The position numbers and the translations under genes are program-made. The notes beneath the pieces are model-generated. The model was not told where the DNA came from. It worked only from the letters and a program-made list of their open reading frames with translations, and ran no database searches. A DNA stretch of 57,456 bases from Vitrella brassicaformis CCMP3155. Lineage: Eukaryota > Protista > Chromerida. The first letter of the stretch is position 1; each line of letters begins with the position of its first letter. Location: the NCBI GenBank assembly GCA_001179505.1, contig CDMY01000525.1, forward strand, positions 1 to 57,456, written 5' to 3'. Below, piece after piece: positions 1 to 11,658 of the stretch.

Positions 1-292
1 TGTCTGACGTCCTGTCCGCCATGGCCTGTCTCATGGAACGGACAAAGACTCAACAGCCGTCCTGTCTCACAGATCAGTGGATCGTCGGTCTATGAACCCT
101 AGACCCTAAACCCTGGACCGACTTGCACTTCTGACAACTTGAACGGACGATGAGCCGGGGTTGGGATGTAGCACTGCAAATGCCGACAGATGGCTGACGA
201 ATCAAGCAGGCAAGAGGCAAGACACACAAGAGAGAGCCGAGAAAACTTCAAGCTGAAGACATTCGCGAGCTTGGCCTTGTTTCGGAAACACA

Positions 293-1339
293 ATGCCCGG
301 TGAGGTGCCTGTGGCTCGGCAGGTCCTCGGTGGGCTCAGCAGCCGCATCCCGTTGCTTATTCGCCAGCCCACGGCGAATCAAGCGACAGCGCTAGCACAC
401 TCGGCACACAGGGTGGCGGCGTCTGCCTGTCTGTCCAAGAGGCCGAGCAGCAGCGCATACCACCAACGTCAGCGACATGGCAACAATGTAAGAAAGATCT
501 AGACGAAAGGACGCCGACACTTGACATGGCTGTGGTGCGTGGTCCTGAAGGGTGTGGAGGTCCTCAATTCAGCGTTGACACGTGCCCTGGACGCAACACT
601 GGTGGGCCCAGGACAGGGCACTTACTCTATCTGTCGTGTTGGATGCGTCACCAGGACGTCTGTCTGCCTGCAGGAGGACAGCAGGGTCCGGTTGGCTCTG
701 AGATCTGCGCTTGCTCAGCAGGTGAGGTGGATGATTGTCACCCATTTCACGCACACACACACACAGAGATGACTGAGTGTGTGTTTGTTCGGTTGGTTCG
801 TTGGTGTCAGGCTGTGGTGGGCATCAGATCCCCTGTCCGCCCGGTGACGATTGAGGAGCCCTCTGCCGCACCCCCACGAACACACCCACACCCACACCCA
901 CTGCCGCCCACCACACCAAACACCAACAATCCAGGTACAGACACGCGAGACCACTCACACACACCGAGCATGACCATCTTGCCTTTTCGGTCGCTTGTGT
1001 GTGTGTGTGGCGTGATGCCGATCATCCGTCCATTAGATGCGGCCACCCCAGGGCGTAAGATAGAGCCCGCTGTGGGAGGTGATGTGTGCACTCCGGTTGA
1101 GGCGAAGCAGCCGGGCAAGAGCCACAAGAAGAAGCCCTACTGGTCAGAGATGCAGTGGTGGGAAAAGGTGAGGGAGTGAGTGAGCGAGTGAGTAGGTCAG
1201 GCACGGGAGAAGAGGAGGGCCGAGGGCGGCGTGAGAGTGCGCATGTGTGTGCTGTTGTGTGTGTATGTGTCAGGCCATCTGTGTCACGTGGTTCTTCCTG
1301 ATGATGTACGCCCTCATAGGCAACATTGACTGGATCTGA
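293..1339 (+). CDS. Hypothetical spliced protein with a C-terminal hydrophobic (possible tail-anchor) segment
   Basis: ATG at 293. Clear GT-AG intron at 722-810. The last exons read KKPYWSEMQWWEK|AICVTWFFLMMYALIGNIDWI*. Internal exon boundaries are uncertain and no family was recognised. Confidence 0.45.
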
Positions 1340-1980
1340 GAGAGAAAGAGAGAAAGAAGGGGCGTTTTTGCCCATCGACGGGTTGGCAAGTGGACCCGGT
1401 TGTCTTGATCTGCTATCCATCCATCCATCCATCCATTGCCTTGTGATGTATGTCGGCGTTCGCGCAGCTGCGTCCTCGGTGCCAGCCACGGCCGCCGAGG
1501 AGGGGGCTGTGCTGACGGTGTGGGGCATGACAAGGCCATGTGATGAGATGAGATTGCTGCTCGACCATCGCTCCCTGCCATATATATGTACACATGGCTG
1601 ACTGATACAGATACAATGGGTGTGGAGCTGCGTGCACTGGAGCAGACATCAATGTGGTGTGGGTCATCTTCCTGCCCCGCAGCAGGCAGTGAAGACGGTG
1701 CACTGCTTGGATGCGCTATGCGTCGTGTTCTGACTGCCGTGGAGCAGGTGGATGATCTGCAGCAGGTGGCGTGTGTCTGCTGCAATGCGTGTCAGTGTGT
1801 GTGGGGGGGTGCGATGTGACTTGAAGGACGAAGTGAAGTTGACAGACACACACATACGTCTTGAATCGTCTGTGTGTGGGTGACGTCGTTGATTGACCGA
1901 AGCTATGACGAGCTCGATCGTGTCCTTCATTCAAGCAGTGTCTGCCTTCCACCGCACCCAACCACACTCAAGTCAATTTA

Positions 1981-4900
1981 TTAGAGCTCTTCAGCCATCA
2001 GGGCCGACAGGGGCGACTGTGAGGGCGGAAAGCAGTGCTGGAACACACGCAGCGTAGAAGGCTCATCCTGGACACACACACCACACACACACAACAAGAC
2101 GTACAACACATACATACATACAAGAGATGCATGCCTTTTCCACACCCACCGATGGCAAAAACCGCACTTTCTGCACGGTGGTCTCGTCCAAGAGAAGCTG
2201 CACACACACAACACACACACGCACCAATGACTCCCTCCCTCCCTCCCTCCCTCCATGCCCCTCACCCAGCCCACACACCCTTTTTACCCGCAGCATGTCC
2301 CATGCAAGCCGCAGAGGCCAGGACGCCCGCCACACCAGCACCTCGCCCAGCCGCTCGGCATACACCTCGGTCAGGATGGGCAGCAGCTCCAGCAGCGGCT
2401 GCCAGGCCCCCCAGTGGGCGTAGCCGAAGCCCCTGCCGTCGATGAGCACCACCCACTGCTCCACATGAGGGGTATTCTGCAGCTGATGCAGGGCTTGTTC
2501 CAGCAGGTGCAGCAGGCACCACCTCAGGGCCTGCAGACGTCACATCATCACACGCATGACATGAAAGGTGTGCGTGTGGTGGTGGGCTACTGCAGGGTCG
2601 GCGGTGTTGTTGGATGTGATGCGTTGGAGGACGAACACGAGACAGGGCCGCTGGTGCACGTCGGACGCCCATAGGTGACCCCACCCTACACACACAAACA
2701 CACTCCTCCTCCATCCATCCATTCTCTCTCTGTCTGTCTCTCTGTTACGTGTGTCCATGTGTGGCTTGAGCCCCTCTGCGTGCAGGTGGATGGCCTCCAC
2801 GCCCGACTCCTTCCGCCAGTGGATCGCCCGCCGCAGCTGCAGCTCAGCCGCATCCACGTCCCACCCTCGCGCACTCAGGAACCGCAGCAAATCGCTCTCG
2901 CGCAAATCCAACACGGGAGGGCCGAACTCGCCACCCAGCTGCAGCTGACGGCGAAGGTCCGCTAAGGCCTGAGAGGAAGTGGGTGCAGTGTGTGTGTGTC
3001 TTGTGCGTGTGCTGTGTGTGTGTGTGTGTGGTGGCCGACCTTTCCCTGTCTTCTGCCGAGATCTTGCTGGCTGCGCAGCCACCTGGGGCGCTGGGAGGGG
3101 GGGACGGGGCGCAGATCAGAGAATGGCAGAGGGAGTGTGCAGAACACCCTGACACATACACAACACACAACACCGTACACGACGCAGCGCCCTGCACACG
3201 TGTGTGTGTGTGAGGGGTCACCTTGCGGCCGCATCGATGTCGTCTGGGTCTGTGTCCAGTGGCGAGCCTGGTGGGGAGGTGGTAGAGGTGGATTGGGGGC
3301 TGAAGGTGAGGCTGGGCAGGGGAGACGACCACTCGGACGCACCCAACTCACTCAACGGCATATCTACACCCCCCCCCCACACACACACACACATACAACA
3401 CGCCTTATCATCTCTCTCCCCCCTCCCTCCCTCCCTCCCTCACCGGCCTCATCGGATGACGTCAGGAACCCTCTCAGCTTCACAAGGTGGTCGAAGAAAC
3501 TCCGCACCAGCACACGCCTCACACCCACACCCCCGCCCAGCCACAGCGCCACCCCCCAGTAGGGCTGCCTGGGTGCCAGCCGCAGGCAGCATGACACATG
3601 ACACCGCTCGTTTGGCCGGGATGATGGGCCGACTCTCCATGAGACCAACTGGACGTCTGTGCGGACCGTCTGGGCGGCTCCCGAGAGCCATGGGAGAGGG
3701 AGAGTGGAAGACACAGAGAGGGGGAATGGTTTGGTGAGGGGGAGAGAGGTGCCGACGATGAACGACGTGCCGTCGGGGTCTGACAACAAGCAAACCATCG
3801 CAAACAGAGAGTGTGCGTGTTGTGTTGTCGTGTGGTGGGGTGCTCTGTCCACACGCACCTGTCCACCCAGTTCTGATGAGCCGATACTCCATGAGGGGGT
3901 TCCACGCGTGTCTGCCCCCCAGCACGCGCCACGGCACGCCCCACACGCCGCCCCACAGCCGATGTCGGTACCGGCAGACGTCGACCGGCTCGTCAGGCAC
4001 ACACTGCAGCAGCTGCCACTTGGTCTCCTGGAAGCCCAGGAAGCTCGATATGCCCCACGGCCGGCTCAGGTAGTGGAGGACGAGGGCCCTTGGCGCGTGG
4101 ATGGTCATGCTGCACTTCCACCTGTGGGGGTCCCTTCTGTGCCGATAGATGCGGCACCCACCCTCACCGCTTGACAACACCCAACTGCCGACAGCAACGA
4201 GAAGAAGACAACACTATCATCATCATTATCGCACCTACTAGCACTTCAGCCTGGCCGTTTTCTTACTTGTCGCTGCCGTCATGCAGGCCGCTTTGTGGCT
4301 GCTCGACACATGGCGCGAGGACAGGGGGGACAGATGAGGGTTCGGGTGGGCCAGGACAGGGGTGGATAGTCTCAGCGGTCAGGCGGATGCCGCTGGGGGT
4401 GTGGTCGTGCATGAAGGTGTCCAGCGGGGGCAGCACCGGCTGGGGCGGCGAGTCGAAGGCCTCGATCGCATCCAGTATGCCGTCATACCTGCAAACATCC
4501 ATCCATCCATCCGTCCGTCCGTCCGTCGAGGGAGGGAGGGAGGGAGGGAGGGATGGCCTGCCTGCCTGCCTGCCCGCCTTGTTCACGCCCACCATCTCTT
4601 TGCCTCGTCCTCATGGTAGTGTCCCAGGTGTGCGATGCCCCACCCGTCCTCCTCCACCCCCACAGGCGCCCAGCTGCCCATCCAGCCCGTCGACGCAACA
4701 GTTGACGAAATACCACCACCAGAAGAGAGTGCCCGCCGATCTGTCGGCTGCAGCTGCAGTTTCGGCGGTGTGTCGGTAGGCCAGCGGATCACAAACGACC
4801 ACATCCCGGCCGCCCTGTCGACGTGGTCGTCCGCTGGGCTGAACAGGCCTGCATTGGCGCAACGACTCACACACATAGTGGTGAGGGGGTTTATATAAGG

Positions 4901-6089
4901 GGTGGTGGTGGTGGGTGTCTGTACCTTCGATGACGGCTTGGTCGAGCGGGATGACCACTCTGGGCTCGCGCGAGGCCGGCGTGTCAAAGCATCGCAGCAT
5001 GCACCCAGACGTGTCCATCACGCAGTACCGGTCCACCCAGCTCCCTCCCCCTGTAACAGTCAACTCCTGCATGGGAGCGACCAGGCACAACACACACACA
5101 CACACACACACGTACACGTCACAATCAAGCCTCTTGGCGCCATCCCTGACACACACAGGGGTGTGTTCTGCCGGCCCACCTTTTGGTAGAGCATGCCCTT
5201 GAAGCGTTGCTGTATGGCGGCGATGCGCCTGGGGCTGCTGGCTGTGGAGGGGGGGTGGGTCTCCTCACAGTGGCTGGTGTTGTTGGCCGACAGCTGCGGC
5301 GACCGCACCACCACACCCCCACCGCCACCCACACCCATCATCCCACCCGGCATCGACAGCGGCGGACGGCCACCCCCGCCGCCTGAGCCTGCCTGCTCAA
5401 ACCGCATGGGTAGCTCCTGCTGTCCGTGTGGCTCTGACTGTGTTTGTGGCGGCGGCTGTGGGCGTCCTCCATCTGTCGGCTCTGCAGCTGGTGGTGCTGA
5501 TGGGGGGATGGACACAGGGAGGGGCGACGGCGCCCGGCCAGTGTCTGTGCGGCGGATAAATGGCGGCATCTGCCCGTGCCTTGGAGAGAGAGAGCGCGGC
5601 GATGAGGGCGGGTCTTTGTGCCGTCGTGTGTCGATGGCTGTCTTGTGGTCGAGCCAAGAGGGGAAGAGGGAGTCGACGATGGCCACGAAGTGAGAGGAGG
5701 CGCTCTCTTTCGACCCGTGGAAGGACGCCCGAAGCCATCCCTCCTGAAGCAACAAGCAAGGAACGAACGACGCAACCACAGACAGACACACGATATAGTC
5801 TGCTTCTCTCCTCTCTGTCCCTGTGTGAGTGATTGTCTGCTGACCGACCCATTTCCTTCTGTCGATTTCAGTGGCATCATGTGGTCGGGGCGTGGTGCAC
5901 TCGCCGTGCAGCGCGTATTTGCACAAACCTGAGGCGACGCCACAAACCTGATGTCCTCACTCACCAGTCTGTCCATCCCATCTGCCTTATCTCACCGTAG
6001 AGCCTGGACCAGTCGTCGATGGTGACCTGCTGCTGGTACCCGTCCAGATGGGCCACGAAATCCGACGCTTGCGCGAACCTTTCGTCCAT
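1981..6089 (-). CDS. Multidomain lipid-binding/transfer protein: ACBP - PH - START - CRAL-TRIO (Sec14)
   Basis: ACBP at about 6089-5654 (FAQASDFVAHL...LYG|LCKYALHGECTTPRP...RRKW|EGW...SKESASSHFVAIVDSLFPSW). PH at about 5200-4450 (FKGMLYQK|...SWVDRYCVMD...VIPLDQA...EDEAKRW|YDGILDAI). START at about 4170-3470 (RIYRH...YRLIRTGWT|DPDGTSFIVGTS...TVRT...RCHVSCCLRL). Sec14 at about 2960-2050 (DLLRFLSARGWDVDAA...WRK, VLIDGRGF, YAERL, LLDETTVQKVRF). All are co-oriented and joined by GT-AG introns. Confidence 0.8.
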
Positions 6090-6275
6090 CGTCACACCCA
6101 AGTTATGCGCGCTTAGCCTCACGGCTGGTGTGGATCTCCCCACTCTGTGGTTTCTGGCAAAGGGGGCTGCTTCTTCTGTACTCTAGTAGCGCAGATCCTC
6201 TTGACGAAATTACCAACGAACCTCGTCGGCGATCCGCAAGCTTTTGTGTGTGTTTGTGTGTGGCAAGCAGGAGGC

Positions 6276-7517
6276 ATGCCATTGGGAGGTCGCCCACTGT
6301 TTCCAGAAATCGTCAACGCTCATCATCGCATCGCGCCACACGTGGTGGGTGAGCAGCAAAGGCAGCCGCAGGGAGAGAAGCGGACAGAGGCAAGGGCCCA
6401 CGATGCTCTGTTGCTTGCGTCTGTCGTTAATGTGTTGGTTTTGCCCAGCGTGAGACGGGCTGCGATGAGTCGCCGTTTCTGTCAGATCTCACCGGCGCGA
6501 GTGTCTTTCTGAAACACGAGCACCACCAGATCACCGGATCATTCAAGTAACTAACTAACATGCATTAATGGCAGGCACTCTGTCTGCAGTGCAGATGAGA
6601 TAGACTCCCTCTGTGCGCGTGTCTGTCCGCAGGCTCCGCGGTGCTCTCAACAAGATCCTCGCGAACGAGTCGGCCTGCCGCGACAAGGGCGTCATCGTCG
6701 CGTCATCGGGCAACCACGGCATCGCATGCTGTGCCGCCGCCGCGAAACTGGGCACTACTCACGGCGAAAACGGCGAAAAGACGATCAGCGTGACGGTGTG
6801 CGTGCCATCGAGTGTGTCCGAAGCCAAGCGGTCGTTGATGGAGCACTACGGCGCCCATATCATCACAGTGGAGGGCGACTGCGTCAACAGCGAGGCTCGC
6901 GCGCGGCGAGAGGCGGATGAGCGTGGGATGGTGCTGGTGCACCCCTACAACGACATGCAAGTGATGGCGGGCCAGGGGACTATCGGCATCGAACTCAACG
7001 CCGTCCAGAACGTCGCAGCGGTGTTTCTCTCTGTGGGCGGTGGCGGGATTGTGTCTGGTGTCGGAACGGCCATCAAGCCTTCCAGCCCCATTGCCTGGTC
7101 GTCGCGTGCCACGCCGCCAACTCGTGCGTCATGTATGAGAGTCTCAAAGCTGGGCGGACACTGGCCGCAGATGAGGTCGACCAGAAGCCCACGCTGTGTG
7201 ACGGTGTGGCTGGGGGAATCGAGCACAACTGCGTGACGTTCGTGCACTGCCGCGATGTCATCGACCACCATGTGGTGGTGAGCGAGGCTGAGGTGCGTGA
7301 GGCCATGAAATGGATGGCGGAGTCCGAGCACTTCATCGTCGAGGGCGCGGCTGCTCTGGCCGTGGCAGGGCTGGTCAAGAGCTTGAGATAGCCGGGGAGG
7401 TCGGGGGAGCGGTTTGGGCACCCGCCGCCACTGTGTGGCAAGAAGGTGGTGGCGGTGCTGTGTGGACGGAATATCAGCTTTGATACCTTCATGGCTGCCG
7501 TGGGCAGCGCGGGGTAG
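6276..7517 (+). pseudogene. PLP-dependent serine/threonine dehydratase (serine racemase-like, no ACT domain), disrupted in this assembly
   Basis: Spliced reading EIVNAHHRIAPHV|RETG...VFLKHEHHQITGSFK|LRGALNK, then SSGNH, HPYND, GQGTIG, VGGGG, EGAAA and VVAVLCGRN. There is a 1-nt frameshift at about 7077 and an in-frame TAG at 7389-7391. Confidence 0.8.
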
Positions 7518-7983
7518 ATAGAGCAGGGCTGAATGGCTGAGTCCTGAGGTGTGCAGGGTTGTGTAGATAGATAGAAGAGGACCGACCGTCATGTCATGTC
7601 ATGTCATGTCATGTCATGTGTGCCTTTCGGCCGGCCGGTCGGCCGTGGCGTGGCGGGGGGCTGTGCGACAGAGTGTTGATGTGCCCTGCAGGGCCCTGAC
7701 GTGCCCACTGACTGGTCACCGCATGGCTGGATAGCTGGATGGCTGGATGATCGAATCGACCGTCAGTCATGTCATCTACACACACTCACATGCATATGAT
7801 ATACACACAGCACAGCACAGGACACACTACACACTACACAGCCTCAACAGCAAGCTGGCCGCCTCCCTCCCTCCCTCCCTCCCCGCCCCCGTGCCATGTG
7901 TCGTGTTTGTTTGTCGTCTGTCTGGCTGCATGGCTACAACCACTCACTCACTCATGGCATGGATGTGATGACTGACTATGTGG

Positions 7984-8893
7984 CTAAATCTCCTCGCCCT
8001 CCAGCTCAATGGAGTTCTCACGGAAGGGGATTCTGCTCACACACACACATAAATGAATGGCACACCCACCATGCCATCCATACACAGGCGTCAGTTACAT
8101 CAGACAGGGGGCGTGTATTGTATGGCCAGCAGGCAGGCTGACCTGTTGTTGAGTTGTGGTCTGATTCGAGCCATCTTGCTCTGCAGCACCGTCTGGCACA
8201 CCACGCCGATCTTCAGCTCCATCTGACGGATCTCAGCCTACACACACACACACACCCGTCACGCCCACACACATGCACACACGGAGCGATTTGCCTGCAT
8301 GGTCACCTTGAGTTTCTTGAGAGTGTCTTTGACTTTGACGAGCGGCGACGAGTCCGTCACGGTGGACGAACGGTCCTCGAGCTCTTGCTGCACTCATGCC
8401 ATGCCATGACACACGCGTCAGATGAGGGTGTGTTGTGTGCTCTGTGTGTCATGTTGTGTCGGTGTGTCTGTCGACCTTGAGGTTGTCTTCCTGCTCGGTG
8501 AGCATCTTGAGCTCCGTCTGCAGGTTGGTCACCGTGTCATTCAGCTCGGTGTAGCGCTGCTGCGTCTGGTTGGCGAATGGGGGTGTGGGGGNNNNNNNNN
8601 NNNNNNNNNNNNNNNNNNNNNNNNNNNNNNNNNNNNNNNNNNNNNNNNNNNNNNNNNNNNNNNNNNNNNNNNNNNNNNNNNNNNNNNNNNNNNNNNNNNN
8701 NNNNNNNNNNNNNNNNNNNNNNNNNNNNNNNNNNNNNNNNNNNNNNNNNNNNNNNNNNNNNNNNNNNNNNNNNNNNNNNNNNNNNNNNNNNNNNNNNNNN
8801 NNNNNNNNNNNNNNNNNNNNNNNNNNNNNNNNNNNNNNNNNNNNNNNNNNNNNNNNNNNNNNNNNNNNNNNNNNNNNNNNNNNNNNNNNNNAT

Positions 8894-8928
<35 letters not shown>

Positions 8929-11559
8929 AACGGACACCAACACACAAATGATTTGACCTGTTGTTGGTGTCGTATTGTGTGTGTGCGGCCCCCCGACCTT
9001 GCGCAGGTCCTGCTGGACGTGCTGGTGATCCAACGCCTGAGGGATGCACCCACCGCAACAGACACATAGATGATACTGACCGATGAAGTATTCTCGGAAC
9101 TGACCAGGTGTTCGAACTGCTGGTTGATGAAGGCCTCCTTATTGCGCACACGCTCCAACGCACCGCCAATCTGACATGCGATTAACACCCACACCCATAT
9201 GGCCACAGATGAGGTGGTTAGGTCAGACACTCCCCAGCCCTCACATCACCTCCTGTGATATTTTGTTGAGCTGTCCGCTGGCCGTCGGCAGATGCTCGTC
9301 CACTGTCTGAACAACACAGGCTCACATCACACCATCCACTTGTGTGTGCGTGTGGGTCTGGTTGGCACCAGACATACCTTCTTGAATACTTGTGTCTGCT
9401 CGAGGTGTGTGCGCCACTCCTTGGGGTCGTGCGGCATCGTCACCTTCAGCTTGGGCGTCACACGCTGATCGACACACAGACCGTTGGAACACAGATCCAT
9501 GTGAGTGGCGGGCGGCCACCGGGCACTCATTGAAGCATTGAAGCATCGAGGCCTAACTGACCTCTAGTTCGAGGGCCCACTCGTGTGGGTCCACCTGGGT
9601 CTCCAGCAAACCCTGCTCCTCACTGCGCACAAAGAGCCAGAGAGGGGCCATATCGTATTACATCATGAGTGCAGCCATTCACCGACTGACCGTTCTTCGT
9701 CGGTTTTCTTGTCTGCGGTGTGTACGACCTCCGAGTACATGACGTCCTCGTCGTCCTCGGCGGCCGCGATGTCCTCCTCTAGTAACACCAAACAAGCCAC
9801 ACACATGGAAGCGAAGCATCAACCAGGCAGACAGGACGGATGACTCACACACACATGCCCACCCCACCCACGTACGTACGCGTACCCATGTCTTCTGCGT
9901 TGATCTCGGCCTCCTCATCGACCTCCGCCTCGTCATCTTGACTGATAGATAGACACAAACAGACACCCACCCACCGGTACACACGCCTGCGATGTGAATG
10001 TGTCGCTGTCTATAGTCCATCCATTCCATGGCTACCTTACCCCTCGTCGGGGAACTGTGGTGGCTGGAACTGGAAGCGGCGCGCCTGCAACACCTGCAAG
10101 GCGGTTGATGGACGAATGGACAAAGCGAAGAGGTGACTTGACAACACTGAGCGTGTTGGTGTGCGGTAGACTTGCCTACCGCCCTGAGGAGGGTGTGTAT
10201 GAGGTTGCAGGTGAACTCCCCATACGCCTGACGTGATCAGAGAGATCGATACCACACCACACCCAGGCAGAAGAGATCGATGCCATCCACGCAGAATATC
10301 TTGGTCGGTGCGGCCANNNNNNNNNNNNNNNNNNNNNNNNNNNNNNNNNNNNNNNNNNNNNNNNNNNNNNNNNNNNNNNNNNNNNNNNNNNNNNNNNNNN
10401 NNNNNNNNNNNNNNNNNNNNNNNNNNNNNNNNNNNNNNNNNNNNNNNNNNNNNNNNNNNNNNNNNNNNNNNNNNNNNNNNNNNNNNNNNNNNNNNNNNNN
10501 NNNNNNNNNNNNNNNNNNNNNNNNNNNNNNNNNNNNNNNNNNNNNNNNNNNNNNNNNNNNNNNNNNNNNNNNNNNNNNNNNNNNNNNNNNNNNNNNNNNN
10601 NNNNNNNNNNNNNNNNCCCACCCCACCCACCTGTTTGAGTTTCTGCGGCGTCACCTCCATGCCCAGATCCAACTCCTGTAGGGCTACCACTGCAGTGCGA
10701 TGCAACCAAACCAAACCAACCAGCCATTCCACACAACACACACATACACACACACACACACAGAAGATTTGACACAAAGCATGTGTGCTGTGTGTGTGTG
10801 CCCATTGATGTCACTGACAGAGGTTGGTTGCGATGGTGTTGGGGTCATCGTAGGCGGAGAAACTCGGCTGCCTGCACAACACAACACAACACAACACCAC
10901 AACACACTACAACACAACACAACACAACTCAACCAGCAATGCGCGGGCAAACAAGTGCCGTCATATATGTCAATCACAATTACTTTCCCAGCTGCTGCAG
11001 CAACCAATACACCAGCCTGAACACAGACACACACACGGAGGGCACACACAATGCACCCGTCATGGCCGTCCAGCAAGTGTGTGTGTAGTGTGTGTCCGCC
11101 ATACGAGTGGAAGTAGGTGAGCTGCAGGGCAACGTTCGGCGCAGGGAACGAGAAATAAGACGCCGTGATGGGCGACAGCTCCCTGCAACCATTCACAAAC
11201 CAGTCATCACTCACACACACACACCCTGATGCATTCTACACGCTCCGTGCTCACTTGTTGCAGAACTGGGTCTCATAGTCGAGCAGCTTGAGCATCTCGA
11301 GGATCTCCTCATTCACAGCCAACACATCCGCCTCCAGCGACACCCCGCCAGCGGCACTGCCACCGCCGCCAGCGGGCCCGCTACGACGCTCCCTCTCCCC
11401 GCCTGTGGTGGTTGTGGCTGTGGGCGAGCCTGTATCCTCACCCTCACCGCCTCCCTCGGGGCGCGATGCCAGCTGCAGATGGTCGTCGACACACAGGCAT
11501 CTGACGTGGATTGGTGTGGATCTTGAAAGATCAGTGTCTGTTACCTTTCTGCTCGCCAT
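7984..11559 (-). CDS. IFT57: Intraflagellar transport protein 57 (HIPPI)
   Basis: EILEMLKLLDYETQFC; KEWRTHLEQ; LERVRNKEAFINQQFEHL; TVTDSSPLVKVKDTLKKLK; IRQMELKIGVVCQTVLQ. Two N-gaps lie inside the gene. Confidence 0.9.
8592..8891. other. Scaffold gap (300 N) followed by a G homopolymer of about 34 nt
   Basis: Seen directly in the sequence. Confidence 0.99.
10317..10616. other. Scaffold gap (300 N) inside IFT57
   Basis: Seen directly in the sequence. Confidence 0.99.
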
Positions 11560-11658
11560 CCTGGGTGTTTTGATCAACAGAAGCGCCGAAATTCAGTCAT
11601 CGCATTCATTCGACCGATGGTTCTCGGCTCGCAGCGCATCGCAAGGAGAGGAGGGAGG

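Noticed and set aside
1-293. Possible start of a minus-strand gene (ATG at 22) or the 99-293 ORF
   Set aside because: Only a few codons lie in the window and there is no recognisable motif.
7588-7617. (GTCAT)6 and many other microsatellites such as (GGAT)n, (GACA)n, (GAGG)n and (GCCTT)n
   Set aside because: They are ubiquitous background in this genome; only the polarised CA/TG pattern is reported.
8894-8927. Long G homopolymer as a G-quadruplex element
   Set aside because: It abuts a scaffold gap, so its length is unreliable, and it is probably the cause of the gap.
8422-10814. Long ORFs containing runs of X (also 13416-14622)
   Set aside because: These are artefacts of translating through N gaps.
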